Assembly: GCA_977030845.1 (NCBI GenBank)
Contig: OZ365110.1
Span: 22,010,001 to 22,074,000, forward strand
Reading direction: 5' to 3'
DNA length: 64,000 bases
Source: Fimbriosthenelais zetlandica
Lineage: Eukaryota
The position numbers and the translations under genes are program-made. Numbering within the stretch: the stretch's first letter is position 1; every line of letters starts with the position of its first letter. Of the stretch, positions 39,385-53,096 are shown piece after piece. A model generated the notes under the pieces. That model was not told the origin of the DNA, did not search any database, and saw only the letters and a list, made by a program, of their open reading frames with translations.

Positions 39385-39405
39385 CCCATTGCACAACCAA
39401 CTGTC
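39385..39405. mobile_element. Mini inverted-repeat family arm, copy 3 (solo arm)
   Basis: CCCATTGCACAACCAACTGTC; its last 16 nt are the exact reverse complement of 16868-16883. Confidence 0.7.
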
Positions 39406-42400
39406 ATTTATATGGTATAACAATAACTAATCCAATTCTATAAATTGCATGGTCAAGTTTAACTTTTGCATTAAATACAAGAAATGTATGACTTCAAAAA
39501 TGCGATGGTGAACAGCCAGTTTGTGAGCGGATTAACTGCTTGGACAGATGTTCCTAGCCAAATATCTTGAAATCCCAATAATTCAACTTCCCACACGATG
39601 TCTATACTTGATGCCAAATGTGTTCCAAGTGGCACATTAAAAGCTTACCATACACCGCCTGTCACATTCCCCTCTGAACACAAGGTGTCATAGAGTATAG
39701 CGGTTGTTGATCAGGAACATTGGCATGACTTGCACGCTTGGCTGGCTCTTCACAATTCAGAGCCTGGGAGTGAAGGATCGATGGTGGCTGGCTCAATCTG
39801 TTACACAACTTTTACCCTCATCCCCAATGCTCTTCTACCTCTACCACACCCCTCCCTCATTTATCCTTCCCTGGCTATATACCCCTTCAGCCACACATAC
39901 CCTACAAAGCCCTGAAGCAGTGTCGATGGCAGGGCTTGTGGCTTATACTAGAAATAGCATACTAGGCCTGAAGCAAGCTGCTGAACCAGATGCAGGCCGG
40001 CGCCCGTGGGCAGATGGTGTGTCAGTCCATTGGGAACATTTAGTCCTCTTAGCTCCTGCAAATTCCAGCCAATATACTCACTTTAACATTCATGTAATAA
40101 ATGTACATTCTGAGAACTGGCTATCAAGATAAATATTAATTTTGTTACCTTAGATACATTTTATCTCACATATTTTTCACTTCTTGAGAGCTAACTTACA
40201 GAATTAAAACGGCATTTCAATAGAAAATTATAGTACGTGTATATATACATACAATTTATATATCAAATTGTCGGCCTCCGTACTATGACCAGTCTACTTG
40301 ACTGATTAGTGTTGTGACTCACTGACCATGGGTGACCAGTCTCTAAGGGGATGAAATAACACCACAATGCACATGGAGCAAGCGGATATCAGATTGTAGA
40401 ATAATTGATGATCAGATGGCCCCTTCGTGTCCCTTGTGTGACCGTCATTTCTGACACCTCCCATTGTGGACATGGATATAGCATGCATAGCTTCACGTGA
40501 TCCTAATCTCCATTCATCTGTCACATTTGCATTCACAGTAATGGCCAAAGTATACAACCCTGTGTCCGGAATATTGCCTAAGACCTAAGCTTATAAGGAT
40601 ATTTGAATAACCTATGGAAATTTAATCCCATCAGCATTGCTTGCCAACTATCGATCACATCAAAACTGAACTTGGACTTTCGCTCGTCTATTGCAGATTA
40701 CATAACTTATGGGTATTGAATCCTTAGAACTATCACTATCCAACATTCTATGGAGGAGAAATTCTTAAGAGCTTTAATGGCGTTTCCGCCTGCTTCCACT
40801 GAGAATTGACTGTCAAAGCTAATGCAGTGCACTATAATTTTACTGAAGATCCTTTACTCGAGATAGAAATCAACCATTATAAATTGATAGCATAGCGCTT
40901 GACGTCTCACATTCCTGTAATGTGTAGCGTCTCCTATAGGTCACTCGGGTAAAAAAAAGCCCAATCTTTATTGAATCTGCCCTGTGATCACTATTTATTG
41001 AGTGAAAAGCTGTCATTTCTTATTATCTGATCCTCTATCTAGCCTGATGATAAATATGTGTGATACCACACCCTGGCAAATTCAAGGCAATCTAATATTT
41101 TCAGTGTCGGAACCCATATGGCTCTCGGAGGAAAGCTATTTCTGACAACAATAGAAAGCAATATTGGAGGATTATTGTCCATAGCTGGCATTCTTTGAAA
41201 CTCCCCCTAAAGGCAGCCATTTTGTGGTGAGCGGTGATGTATTCTGGGCGATGATGCCTCAGTCTAGATGCTCCTGGCTCGAGTACATTGATCAGCCTGC
41301 ATGGACCGTCTTACATGAGGCGGTATGATGTATAATACTGCATTAGTCTAACTAATTTGATCACTAGTAGTATAGGCTAATTGCCCACTGTATACGTCAG
41401 CATATAGTTGAATGAGTCTAAAACCTCAATCATTCAATCAGAATCAATCCATTAATTTGTGAGGCTATTGCTACAACATAATAGTTTTCCTATGCCGCTA
41501 TCACTGCAGACATGTTTGTCGTATACTTGTCTGAGAAACCAGTTACTTTTCACTCCATGTGAGCTCTGCTTTCTGTGGGAAAATGGGCTGCATTTTTATT
41601 CTTGAATCTGAATAGAAGGAATCTGAAAGATTTTGACTAACCAAAAAACATGAGTGCAGATTTAGTGGATTTTTTCCCCCGAGAACATGTGTCCTGAAGG
41701 GAAATATGATTGCTTCCTCGGTCGTTTCGTTTATATCTATGGAGTCTGTCTCGCCCAATCTGACATTAAAATGGTGCTCTGGTTGGTCGGACCTAATATT
41801 CAGACTTGGCTGACCTCTTAAATCAAGGACTGTAGCCAGGCTTCCAGTCTGCCATCTGACGGCAGGCCAGGCGGGCAGTGACTGATGCTGACCCAAAGCT
41901 TGCCTGTGTTGCCGCATCCCAACAATATGGACGCTTATAATATGACCAATTTTCTGTGTTAAAATAACAGCTTCCAGTGGTATAGAGCAGTGGTAAAAAT
42001 GATACAAACAAGCATAAAAACTATTTGGATGGTGCTTTTGACATTCCTGTTGTTGGGATCATGGCCGGGGATTCTTTCTTACACAGTTTTATACAACCTC
42101 TATCCACTGTACATATATGGCATTGCAGCTCAATCCTATAAGAGATGCCTGTCTAACCCCAGGAATGCTTTAGAAATTGCTTGAAAGAAAGACTTCTGCG
42201 TCGCAGAGAGAGCAAGTTACTGCATAAGAGACAGAGATAATAGAACAAATTGTCACTAGGGAATGAATTGTCGGTACCCTAGAAGAACATTTCGTTTGAT
42301 TCAATTTACAATTGTCGCTGAAACTAATTTGATTGGACTGAGAGCTTGACTGCATGGGGAATTTAAAACCCGTCTTAAGTAATAATATGCAGCAGAGAGA

Positions 42401-45040
42401 GGTGGAAGTGACTGGGGTGTACATTTAGGCAGCTGTGAACCAAAAGTAGGTTAGCTTATTTTGAGGGAGCCTTCTGGGACTCATACCTGCTCCTCAGGGT
42501 CCTCAATTGCCAAGTGAACATGTATTCCGACATCCTCATCATTAACTATGAGGGGAAAACTAATTATTTTGAACCGTCTTGGGAATTTAAAGGCTCAATG
42601 AGCTTTCGCTATTGGTCCTTATTAATCATTTCTCCCAAGGGCTCGATTTGTACAACTCTTTCCATCATGTGATCTGCGTTTGCATGCACTTTTAGGGCGA
42701 TTATCCAATATTTTACACAAAGTGTATTCAAAAATTGAGAACTAATGATCTTTGTTCTCAAGAAATCCAATGGATATGTTTGTCAAAAAGACCTGAAAGA
42801 GAATAAAGCTTGGAAATGAGACTGCAGAGATAAAAGTACAAGGCCTTTTCGAAAAACTGATTCGTTCTAAACCTTTGTGCTTGAAAATCTCGCTGCACAG
42901 ATTATTTTCTAGGGGAACAGATTCTTGAAAATTACGATTTTTGTCAGAAAATCTTCCATTGCCTTCCTCTTCATTAGTTCTTCATATTTTGAACCGAGTT
43001 TCGGAAATTGGTTTCGTTGCTGGATTACTGGCCACCGAATTAAGCTAATTGGACGTGTGTGTGGGATTTTAATTTGTTAATGTAGGCTGATTCGAGATCT
43101 TGCCATCGGCATCTGTAGCTTAATTTTTGCTTTTTGGATTTTTTCTTAGTGGTAGTGAATGCCCTATTGAGACATGTACATCTAAAATATTCCCTATTCG
43201 TGTTCTCTGTCAAACTGCCCGACGCTTGGACATTCACAGTTTCCTGGCTATAGAGTACAACATGAGGTCCTTGTCCTTGACCATTCACTGGTTGTGTAGG
43301 TGGACTAGGTGTTCGTTAGAAAACGCGGGGAGGGTAGATATTGATTGGAATCCCCAGTCCATATAGCCTGGCCAGGCACGAAGTCGCTAATACATCTACC
43401 TGACTTCCTCCCGCCTCTGGCGCTAAATGAAATTGATTAGTTAAAGCCCTGACTTGATTGAGGACATCCTTCTCTTTGTTAAGTCTATCTCCATGTACGT
43501 GATCCCCCGTCAGCCTAATCATCCCTACACTAATTTTCTTATTCCACTCTGGAGCTTGTATGTAAGTTTCAATTTGACGCTTCTAGGCGTCTAAGTATGT
43601 ATCCTGATGTAGATGTATCCTAAAAGAGACTTAATTAAATCGATGTTAGCTGAATAGGTACTATTTCTTCTATACACAAATCTCTCCACATACAAGACAT
43701 CATTAGGCCCTATGTTCTTATCAAGAGTGGAAATGTTCATTCTTTCATCAAGGTTCTCAAATTGATCCTTCTGTATGGCCCTTATATTTACCTCTTCCCT
43801 CGGTACTAGTGAACATATGCCAGGTTTGGTTACCCTTCTATCAGTCCACCCCTTCAAAATTCCTCACAACCATCACACCTGACCTATACTTCTAATAAGA
43901 AAACACCGATGAAAATCCTCTTTGATTTCCATATCAAATATAATAGTGACAGGTATACATGCCTTTGCTGGTTAGAAGTGTTGAATGCTAGCACTGTGTT
44001 TATACCTTTACAAGAGTTGCTTTGATCGATTAGTTGAAGGGCAGGTTTGACATCAAAGAATATGTGAGAGATCTAACTTTGTAAGCTTAAATCAGTAACA
44101 TCTGGGTCTGACTGATTTAGAGTTCCATTATATTAGAAGAATTGGCAAACTATTATAGAGGAGATGTAGGGTGACGTACGAGGAGTTCATGAGGGTGACC
44201 TTGGTGTTTCTTTATATTCTGTTTAACCATAGGATATAAAGCATTGTTATGAAACAAGTGGTTGTCACTCTCTTACGGAACCTTCAAGCAATCGTATACC
44301 ATAATTATATAACCTCAAGTTAACTATAAATTATTATAGCTGCGGTTACTAACGAAATGTACCTGCCAATTCAGGGATTCTGGTGCAACTTAATTTTGAG
44401 AGGAAAAACTTCAATCATTCATCAGCATGAATAATTGAGTGAATTGAAGGTTTTGAACAGAATTTTAGCTTAAAAATATTGTGGAAAAATTTTGTTGATT
44501 CAACTGCTGAGGGAGGTGAGAATTTCTATGCAGCAGGCCAGCTGTGGTGATCTCATAACCCGTCTGATGAAATTTGGAATCATCGATCTCCCAATTAGAC
44601 AAATGAGCTTGGTGGTAATAAAGCGTCATCTTCTTATACTACTCACCATCTGTCATCGTTTCACCTGCCGCTCATTCTGTGGTCCCCACTATTCCCACTA
44701 GCGAGTGATTGCCACTATCAAATGCACATCAAACGGAAATGTTTTCTTGATTACCATTTCATAGCTCTGTTATTGGGGTGGTGTGAACATATTGATGCGG
44801 GATACAGTTGTACCAATAAGGCGCTCCCAAATATAATTTTATTGTTGCTTTCAGTAGTATTTAATGAGCTGAGCATCCTAGATCAGAATAATACCCAAGC
44901 GTTCCCTCAATCTTAGCGTAATATTATTCTTTAATTATACAAATTGTATATCATCTGTACTTCATGCTATATGTCATATGGAATCTTGACATGTTTCACA
45001 TCGTTCCTGTTGAATTTTAGTCACATTATTGAAAAATATT

Positions 45041-45114
45041 CTAACAGTTTCTCTTTTCACTTTCAGGTATGTATCATAGGATAAGCGTTCAATGCCTCTG
45101 AGTCATCCGTGAGT
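45041..45114 (+). other. Recursive-splicing-like site 2 with 42-nt RS-exon (45067-45108)
   Basis: CTAAC branch point 45041-45045, TTTCTCTTTTCACTTTCAG ends 45066, GTATGT 45067-45072, second donor TCC|GTGAGT at 45109; the exon has stops in all three frames. Confidence 0.63.
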
Positions 45115-45502
45115 ATGAACCATAATTTATACACACCATGCACCATACCAATATGGAGCAAGTTAGCAATATTTTCCCTGCCTTTTTCTCTCTGCCTTGA
45201 TGTCAGATTGTGATCTGTAGGAGACATTGAACATGACCCGCGCTCTGTACGAGTCCCTGTAGACACAAGTCTAGACTACGGGAGACCGGACAGAAGATCA
45301 AAACCTCCATCTTTAATTGATAATGACTACCATATCGACTCCTAACAAAAATGACAACTTTATACGGCACAGATCTATAAACCACGACCAATGATCGAGG
45401 CCATCCCACAAATTTCCCTCGGCGTCATCTTTTATTGAATCTTTTGGATAGTTACTGTGTAGACTCTACTCTTTCTCGTTGGATTGACTCCAGGGATAGT
45501 AT

Positions 45503-45623
45503 GTTTAATGCATAGAATGGATGGTTTAATGGTTAGAAAGGATGGTTTAATGCATAGAATGGATGGTTTGATACTGAGAATGGATGGTTTAATGCATAGA
45601 AAGGATGGTTTAATGCGTAGAAT
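45503..45623. repeat. 21-bp minisatellite, about 5.8 copies
   Basis: Consensus GTTTAATGCATAGAATGGATG; units start 45503, 45524, 45545, 45566, 45587, 45608. Confidence 0.95.
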
Positions 45624-47290
45624 AGCTTCAGTGGTCTGAGTATGGGTAGCAGGAAGAGGAAAAGATGCTCTTGTCAAGTATACGCTGCTCAAGTATTAAA
45701 GTTTAAAGCAAAAAGAGACTTGATGGCTCCCTGGTGGCAGCTGTTTGCCTTCTTTGTACATGACGTTTTGGGTAACATAACATATTTGGATCTCTCTATC
45801 CTTGGTCGGATCAATTGCAATAACTCATGAACTCAAGATTACATTACAGGACTGAATAGTCTGTACTACCTTGAAACAGGGATTTACTACATAAAACAAG
45901 TGAATTGTTAGTGACAAGACATGCGAGGGAGGACAATACCTATTAACATGGATGACTGCTCGAGACAGCTTCAGCTAGCAGCTGCGTGGCGGGGAATACA
46001 ATGTTCAGATTCCCTCTACTGAATACTAATAACAAAATATGCAGGGATTACTCCAATAATCCCCGCAGATTATGCGCAGCTCTGATGCCATGGAAACGAT
46101 TATTCCAAGATGGCAGCGCCCATTGGCGCTCCATATGGAGATGTAATCAGCAATAGGCTTGCCCAGTGTTATCTCAATCAAGTGTCCATTCACACGAACT
46201 ATTATATATTTTATCTTCTTTATATTACCTTATTAACACCTGCCATAAGGCGGCCTCATCTACAGTGCTTTTGGTCAGCCCAGCCGGTGGTTAAGGTCAT
46301 GGCTTTAGACCCTGTAAACAGGAGTATATGTAAATATTCATTACTGGGGACACGGAAGCTGGGCACAAAAGGAGCCCGAATGGTATACGAGTCTTACTAC
46401 ATTATTCAAATCCATTGGACAGGGCGTTGTCCAAGTCATTACTCCTCATCACTAGAATATCTGAAACCCAACTAAAATACTGACTTTGTCTACCCATGCA
46501 GGCAGCAGCTTTATTGAAAGGAAATATCCATTCATAAAAATATAGGGCCTATCATTTGGCATTACATTATATTTTCGGAACATTCTGGGGCTTAAATCGA
46601 GCGAAGAGTAATGTGGATAAAACTCTACACGAATATTCCATTGGAGGTTTATACTTGGCGTGGTATCTTCTTTCTTAGAAACTGCCACAAGCAGGTTTGA
46701 TTGAAATGAGAGACCAATACATAGCCATTAAGGACGGATGGTATGGTAAAGGATACTTGGCTTTGAAGAAAGCGCTGTATCAGAGACCCTTAATATTCGA
46801 GGGTCTCTGGCAGTATTTATATAGAGAAGTTGGCAAAAGTTGGTCTCTCGTGTCTGGAGGGCTTCCAGAAGTCCTGGTCAGATTATTTGATTAACAGGAA
46901 AATCAATATAAAAACATCTAATCAGGACAAGAGGCGGCCTGTAATCAAGGTAATGATCTCATTTACATAGGCTTGATAAGCTAGGCCCACCCGAGGGTGT
47001 CAAGGAGGAAGGGCGGAGAGCTATGGCATTATACTCCATGGCATTTGGTGGCAACTCTCATTAACAGGCTAAGTGCATTATCTGATTTCTGGTTCTCACA
47101 TAACAAAGGGGTCCATACAGTCATTGATAAATATATATACTGTAAGGCAGTACTGTCTCTTCTGAAATCTCATCCATCTGCTTTGATGCAAGACCTAGGA
47201 AAAAATCTTAATTTTTGAATTATTATCTGTGAGGTATTTCATGGTCTGGCACAATCCTCATGAAGTAACGTGGTTTCCCTACCCGTGCAG

Positions 47291-47398
47291 CTTTCCCTCT
47301 CTCCTTCCCTCATTTCCTCCCTCCCTCCTTCCCTATCCCATCCCCTCGGATTTCCCACTCTCCTCCTTCCCTTTCACTCCCTCTCATTCCATCTATCC
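47291..47398. repeat. (CCCT)-like polypyrimidine tract
   Basis: Read directly. Confidence 0.85.
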
Positions 47399-48677
47399 AT
47401 GGATTCCATGGTCTCCCATGGTAGCGTGCAGTGCATGGTGGGACGTAAATCAGTGCCTATAATGACCTCTAGCGGCCCTGACATTCAACTCCCTGTCAGG
47501 AACATTGGTGAGAACCGTGTCAAGGACAGCAGCCGCCCATGTGAGGTCGACAGTTGAAAAACTTCAACGACACAAAAGGCAGGCCCAGTCTAGAGCTGTC
47601 GTTTGTTCGACCTAAAAAATACAGTGAGGCAACTCAATGGCCTCAACTGAGGCCGATATAGGACGCTAAGGTCTGTGTTTTTATATAAATCATTGAATAA
47701 GTAGGTTCTGCACGTAGGGAATTAACTGAAGTCATTAATCACATGAGGAAATATCTTAAAAATCAGTATTAGTCTTAGGCCTATATCTTTCTCCCATCAA
47801 CAGATGCCTGAGAAAATCGCAAGTTATGCAAGATCTTATTAACCTCTAGAAGAAACCGAGTTTACATTATATCTTATAAAAGAAGCCTAATAAGTGTTTG
47901 TAATAATAAGGTCTGTTGTGTAAATATTGCATTCCCTCATTTATTGTGAATTCCTTTATATCAAATATATCAAGTATTCCCTCAAGCCAATATTCCCAGT
48001 TCAGAAAGGTGAGATGAGTTGGTGTTGCAGTCATGAAACACAGCCTGATAATGAATGAGATCATATGACCCTCTCAAGCAGTGAGCCAACCATTCTCCCA
48101 CAATGCCCTAGCTCTCCCATGCTTCCACTTCCGCCACAGATCCTCCAAAAAACGAATGTATTCGTGATACATGTCCTGTCTGCCAGTCCATATGCCCCTT
48201 TTAAGTAGACTGCTCTCAATGTTTGTAACTCAGATACTTTTACCTTTTACTTTTACACTCCAAGTCGCCTCTTCCACTAAATAAACCCAAACTGTCAAAA
48301 CCTCCCCTTTGATTTCTATCAATATTTTCATCCTTCTCTGCAAACAAAAAACACTCGGACATAAGATCCTCCACCACACACATTCGAGCTGTTGTTTTTG
48401 TAAATGAAATTTCATATCTTTCCATTCTTTGGCCACTAATTGCTTTTTGGCGATGGGAAAGTTTTTAATGTATGGGGAGGTGACAAGGGGTTTTCATTAA
48501 CATTAAATTTTGCTCCTTCTGCGTCACGCGAAATCCGGTTATCCCATCAAGGTTTGGCCAATACCTTAATTAAGTTTTTTCCTTTAAGGATGGCAGCAGT
48601 ATTGCTGTTTTGTTTCAGTAAATTTAATCACCAAGCCTCATTGAAATGGCCAATGGAATTATATTTTTTCTCGCGTC

Positions 48678-49026
48678 TTACTTGCGACAAGTAAAAAAGG
48701 CTTAAGTCAATGATTTAAAGCGTTATAAGTCAAAGCGAACAAGGCATCAGTTGAATGATTTTTTTCTTTAGAAATTGTTAACGTTGGATGCCATAATAGG
48801 ACCTTATCTTAATTGGGAAATGGTATTGTTTCTGCAGCAGGCGGAATTAGAATGACCTTGGACCTGCCTGGATTTGCTTAAGGCGGTATTCCTCTGCTGC
48901 GAATTTGCTTCACAAAGACCTGTGTTTTTTCTCGTGGAGGTCAGCCTTGGACACTTACTAGACCACAATTAAATACATTTTATCGCAACACAAGCGACAC
49001 CTTGGTCGTAATAGTGTCGCAAGTAA
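48678..49026. mobile_element. Candidate TA-flanked MITE, about 345 bp
   Basis: Inverted 12-mers TTACTTGCGACA (48678-48689) and TGTCGCAAGTAA (49015-49026), readable as TA|CTTGCGACA...TGTCGCAAG|TA; internal GCGACAC/GTGTCGC sub-repeat near the right end. Confidence 0.42.
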
Positions 49027-52000
49027 AATGGCAGCAGTGGAGGAAAAGCCTCTACTAAAATCCACATTCTGTATCATGTGGCCATCCAATCTTCATATAT
49101 ATCCTATATATTGAACAGGAGGCCTGAAGAAGCTATCGTTGCAGAACGATCCCCCGTTACAGTATAAGATGTGTGCTTGGTTAATTCAATGTGATCCACA
49201 CCATGCTTGCCTATGGGAGGTGTTTAAATATACATCTGGTAGTTCATGAGCCATAAAGGTAAAGCATAATGTATGTATCACAGGTGACATACACATCACC
49301 TCTGCTTACCTTGAGGTAGAGTGAGAGAGTCAGGTTCAGCTTATTTAATTATATATGTGTGTGCCAGGCTCGGGAAGCAATGTGGAGCCAGGTGTTCAAT
49401 TCCCTTTCCTCCACACCTTGCTTCCCACCTCTCCATCCTCCCCTCAACACTCATGTCCTATCTATGGCTAAATGCCCTTTAACGGTCTCCGGCCATAAAT
49501 TCACTGGACTTTTCTAAACTTTGGTTCTTTCTGTAATGTACGTCTATGGCATGAGCATAAGAATAAACTGCCCTAAAATAAAGCTTCTTAAAAAGTGATA
49601 AAGTCTGGTGAAAAATACTGGTCGTGTAATTCTACCCATCCTCGAAATGAGGCCTTCATGAAAAATTCTTTGCAGCCATGATTCTTCCATGTACATGTAC
49701 ATGTACATTAGTACTTCAGGAAGGAGACGAAATACAGGCATATAGGCCTACATATAATAATAAGCTCTTCTCCCGTTCATCATAAGAAAGTAAGCCTTGG
49801 TTCATTACCTGTTAATATGGAGCCGATTCTTTTAATGGCCCCTATCCAGAACTGAACAAAAACAGGTTTTTCCGCGTAGGTTCATTCAGTGCAGTAGAAA
49901 TGGAGGTTTTTTTCAGGTATCATTGCTCCCATTCCTGATTGAGGCCGAGGTTTTGATTTCATCATGATTAAGATTGGAGTTTACAAGGATTCCCGTAGGA
50001 AATCAGATATAGCCATTACATGGATGAAATAGGTTCGTATTATATCCTGAAATTGTACGGAAACTGACATTCCTTTCTCGAAATACTTTAGTATCGCGAT
50101 AGATTGTTCCCCCATTGATTTCTTGTAATATGACCTCTTTTAATATCAGCTCCTCATTTCTGATATGTAACTGAAAACTCAGTGTAGGTTTACATTTGCC
50201 TAGTGCAAGAAATGGATGGCAGATCTTAGTCGGATGTTCAGTCAGAGTATTGTGAAGAGCAGAATGATTGAGTAGGAGCTGCTCCTCAGTCTTTTATTAC
50301 CAGGAGCTGCTCTAGAAAGCCACCTCACGCGATGATTGGGTTTCAATTTGAACCTTCATCCAACACAGTGTCTGAAATGCTATACTTTATCATTGATCTT
50401 CATTTCTGACATCGTCAGTACCACAGCAGGAGACAGCGTCATTACTGAAGAGTCTCATGTGACAGTTAACGATCATTTTCTATATATACTCTACAAGGTA
50501 TAGACATGAGGGGGAAGTCGGGGTTTGTATGGGATAGTATATGTGTGCCTCGTTTTTTTCGTGTGAGGGTCTTTTAAAATTGCTTTTCCAATATGGCTGT
50601 TCTGCGGCAGCTCTTCTGAATATTGAAGTCTAGATATTTTTAAACGGTAAACTACGTTATCGGTCCATATTACCCAACCGGAGCAAAAATCTGTATCTCT
50701 GGAAATAGTTGAATGAAATACATTTTTAAAGGCTGAAAACCTTTAGAACTGGTGATAAAAAAACAACTGGGTGATGTTCATTCCTCCAGGGACACATCCA
50801 TCCCCTATCAATACCACTCCATTACAACCAGCCTGCCTGCTCCAGTAATTCTACTTTAAATTGGAACGTGTGTGATATCACCAGCCATTCTCGCTTTACC
50901 ATCTAACCTGGTCCGGCTAAGGTCTTAAGGCGCATAGTTTCTAAATAATTGTTGTCACAATCACCTTGTTGATCGGAGAAACAAACAAAGGCTGTGAAAC
51001 GTAGATGGTAAATACTTAGTTCAAGTAGGTTTTACCCTTGTCCTTGACTGCTTGAGGAAAGATTTTTTTCGACATATTGTATATTTTGTCATACACCTGC
51101 AGCTAGCCTATATCAAAAGTGCCAAATCACTCAATTCCCGGGTCAAAATGATGTGACTTTCACTGATAACAATCCATTGTCCTATATATGTACATGTACT
51201 GTTTTTTATGTGCCTGCGTCACACTGTCCAGATTTTGACAACCGATGGACACACGACTGTATACATCGTATATATACGATATAATATAAAATATCCCACT
51301 TTTTAAGTCTTTATAACCCTCCAAGGCGTAAACTTATAAATCATTCAGGTGATATCTTATCAGAACTAATCTATAGCGTTCAGGCAGATCTTGAATGATT
51401 CATCTTGCCACGTAAGATAACGATCACTTTTCCTCCGCCAGAAGGTCTCGAAGGCTTGTCTCACTCCAGATTTCATTCTCCGTAAATTAATCATGATATC
51501 AAAGGTCACTTAGAAGATCAATATGTAGAGGCTCAAACTGTCTCCATCCATTTAAATGTCAGAAATTCACAGATGGGAATCATTCTAAACTCATTTTACG
51601 TCTTCCCCCACCCCCACCCCCAATATTTGCCTATAAATGTTCAGTTTTCTATTTCCACTAATTTTGTGACATGCTATCCAATATTTCTGTTAAAACCAAC
51701 CCGAAGAATCAATCATTAAAATCAAAATGAAAGACAAAGTGCCATTTCTTGAATTCCATGTTATTGCATGGGCACCATATTTACCAGTCCATCAATGGTT
51801 TGATTTTTTAATTTGGAAGCATGGTCAAAGGATCCGATATCAGCCTGATCAGTCCGTTCTCTGTCCATGCATGTGGGACAAGTCTGCAATAACCTAAAAC
51901 GAACAGTTCACTTGTGCCACGAAAAGTTTTTAACGTTTTGGCCTTCAGCCATAATGTCAAGAAACTAAACATGGAAGCCTTTCTGCTCAGAGGAAACATC

Positions 52001-52916
52001 GCTCATTATTCATTGGTCTTTAGCGATCTACCGCCGAACACCGGTATTGACTTCGGCCGAGCCGCAAATTTCTCAAAGGTTTCTTGGCTTTGATCCTATT
52101 GGTTGAATTATTCATGAAAAATGCTGACAATAATTCATGAAGGCAGTGTGCGTTCCTACACATTGAGCTCAGAGATCAGCATTCTGTAGGTACAGCGCTC
52201 TGATATTTCCTATATAGATTTAGAAAGATTAAGACAGAGAGTATATGATTTGTAACATCATTATGCCCCTTTATTAATTTGTCTCCATGGAGACGAGTTT
52301 CACCTGCATGCACAATCACATGTGCATGTCTAATGCGGATTGTATGCTGTTTTCTTGCATCACGAAGCAATATAAACTATACGTCCAGTTGCAACTACAT
52401 ACACCTATTTGTAAATTTGATGCTACTTTATATAATCCTGGCCAAGCACATCAGTATATTATCAATATGAGTATTTGTAACCCTGTGTGATCTGGAAACA
52501 TCGACGAGAGAGGCTGAAGTCATGAAAAGTCCCACTGGAGAATGAACACCAATAGTTCGCTGATTCATTCAAAAAGCTCACCAGGCTTTGTAAAGATCTA
52601 TATGGCAGGCACGCATGGGGTTACTGATAAAATGCATTGTTTATAGTTTCCAAGGCTACCAATCTCGAGAGACTTGAGGCACCAAGCAGGCTATAGCTCC
52701 CTGAGTCGGCACACTATATACTCCCCGACCCCTGACTTTGAATCTGTACCATCAAAGGGTTCCTTTTAGCTCAATATTTTTCAAACTAATAAGCTGAGGA
52801 CTGAAAGAGGATTTCATTGTTTTGTAGAACTCACCATTTCAATTTCATTCTATAAGTCTTCAAATTGCTCGGTTTCACAATTGGAAATATATGTGTCATG
52901 AATTTACTTGCAACGG

Positions 52917-53096
52917 CAGGGGCTGATCCAGTATTTTGGAAAAGGTGTCGGGGGTCAGAGGTGTTAGCCGTAGAAAAGAACAGTAGGATTCATCCTTACG
53001 AGTGCTTACTACATGAATTTACTATTTTCGAGCGTCAAAATAAATCTTCTCCAAAAGGGTGGGGTTGGGGGGCCTGACCCCCATGACCTCCCCCTG
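52917..53096. mobile_element. Decayed non-autonomous DNA transposon with CAGGGG..CCCCTG termini
   Basis: Left CAGGGGCTGATCC; right TGACCTCCCCCTG (9/13 inverted match) preceded by a GGGG/CCCC block; no target-site duplication visible. Confidence 0.33.

Noticed and set aside
41543-42007. Longest ORF (154 aa) containing FNVRLGETD, like the trypsin-family VRLGE motif
   Set aside because: No upstream TAAHC or other protease motif, no convincing splice sites, and the length is compatible with chance.
49287-49330. Minus-strand AG|GT site CTCTCTCACTCTACCTCAAG|GTAAGC with GTATGT 17 nt later
   Set aside because: AAG rather than YAG, a microsatellite-like C-rich tract and no good branch point; weaker than the + strand sites, but shows such layouts can arise by chance.
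49905-49925. TTTTTTTCAG|GTATCA and other weak AG|GT sites (1219, 5177, 8845, 15429, 29039)
   Set aside because: Weak 5' site or non-YAG acceptor and no nearby defining donor.
10738-51749. Shared 15-mer AGAAATGGCACTTTG (10738) / reverse complement (51735)
   Set aside because: A few 15-mer matches are expected by chance in 64 kb. Both sit in MITE-like AT-rich debris, but I could not define element ends.
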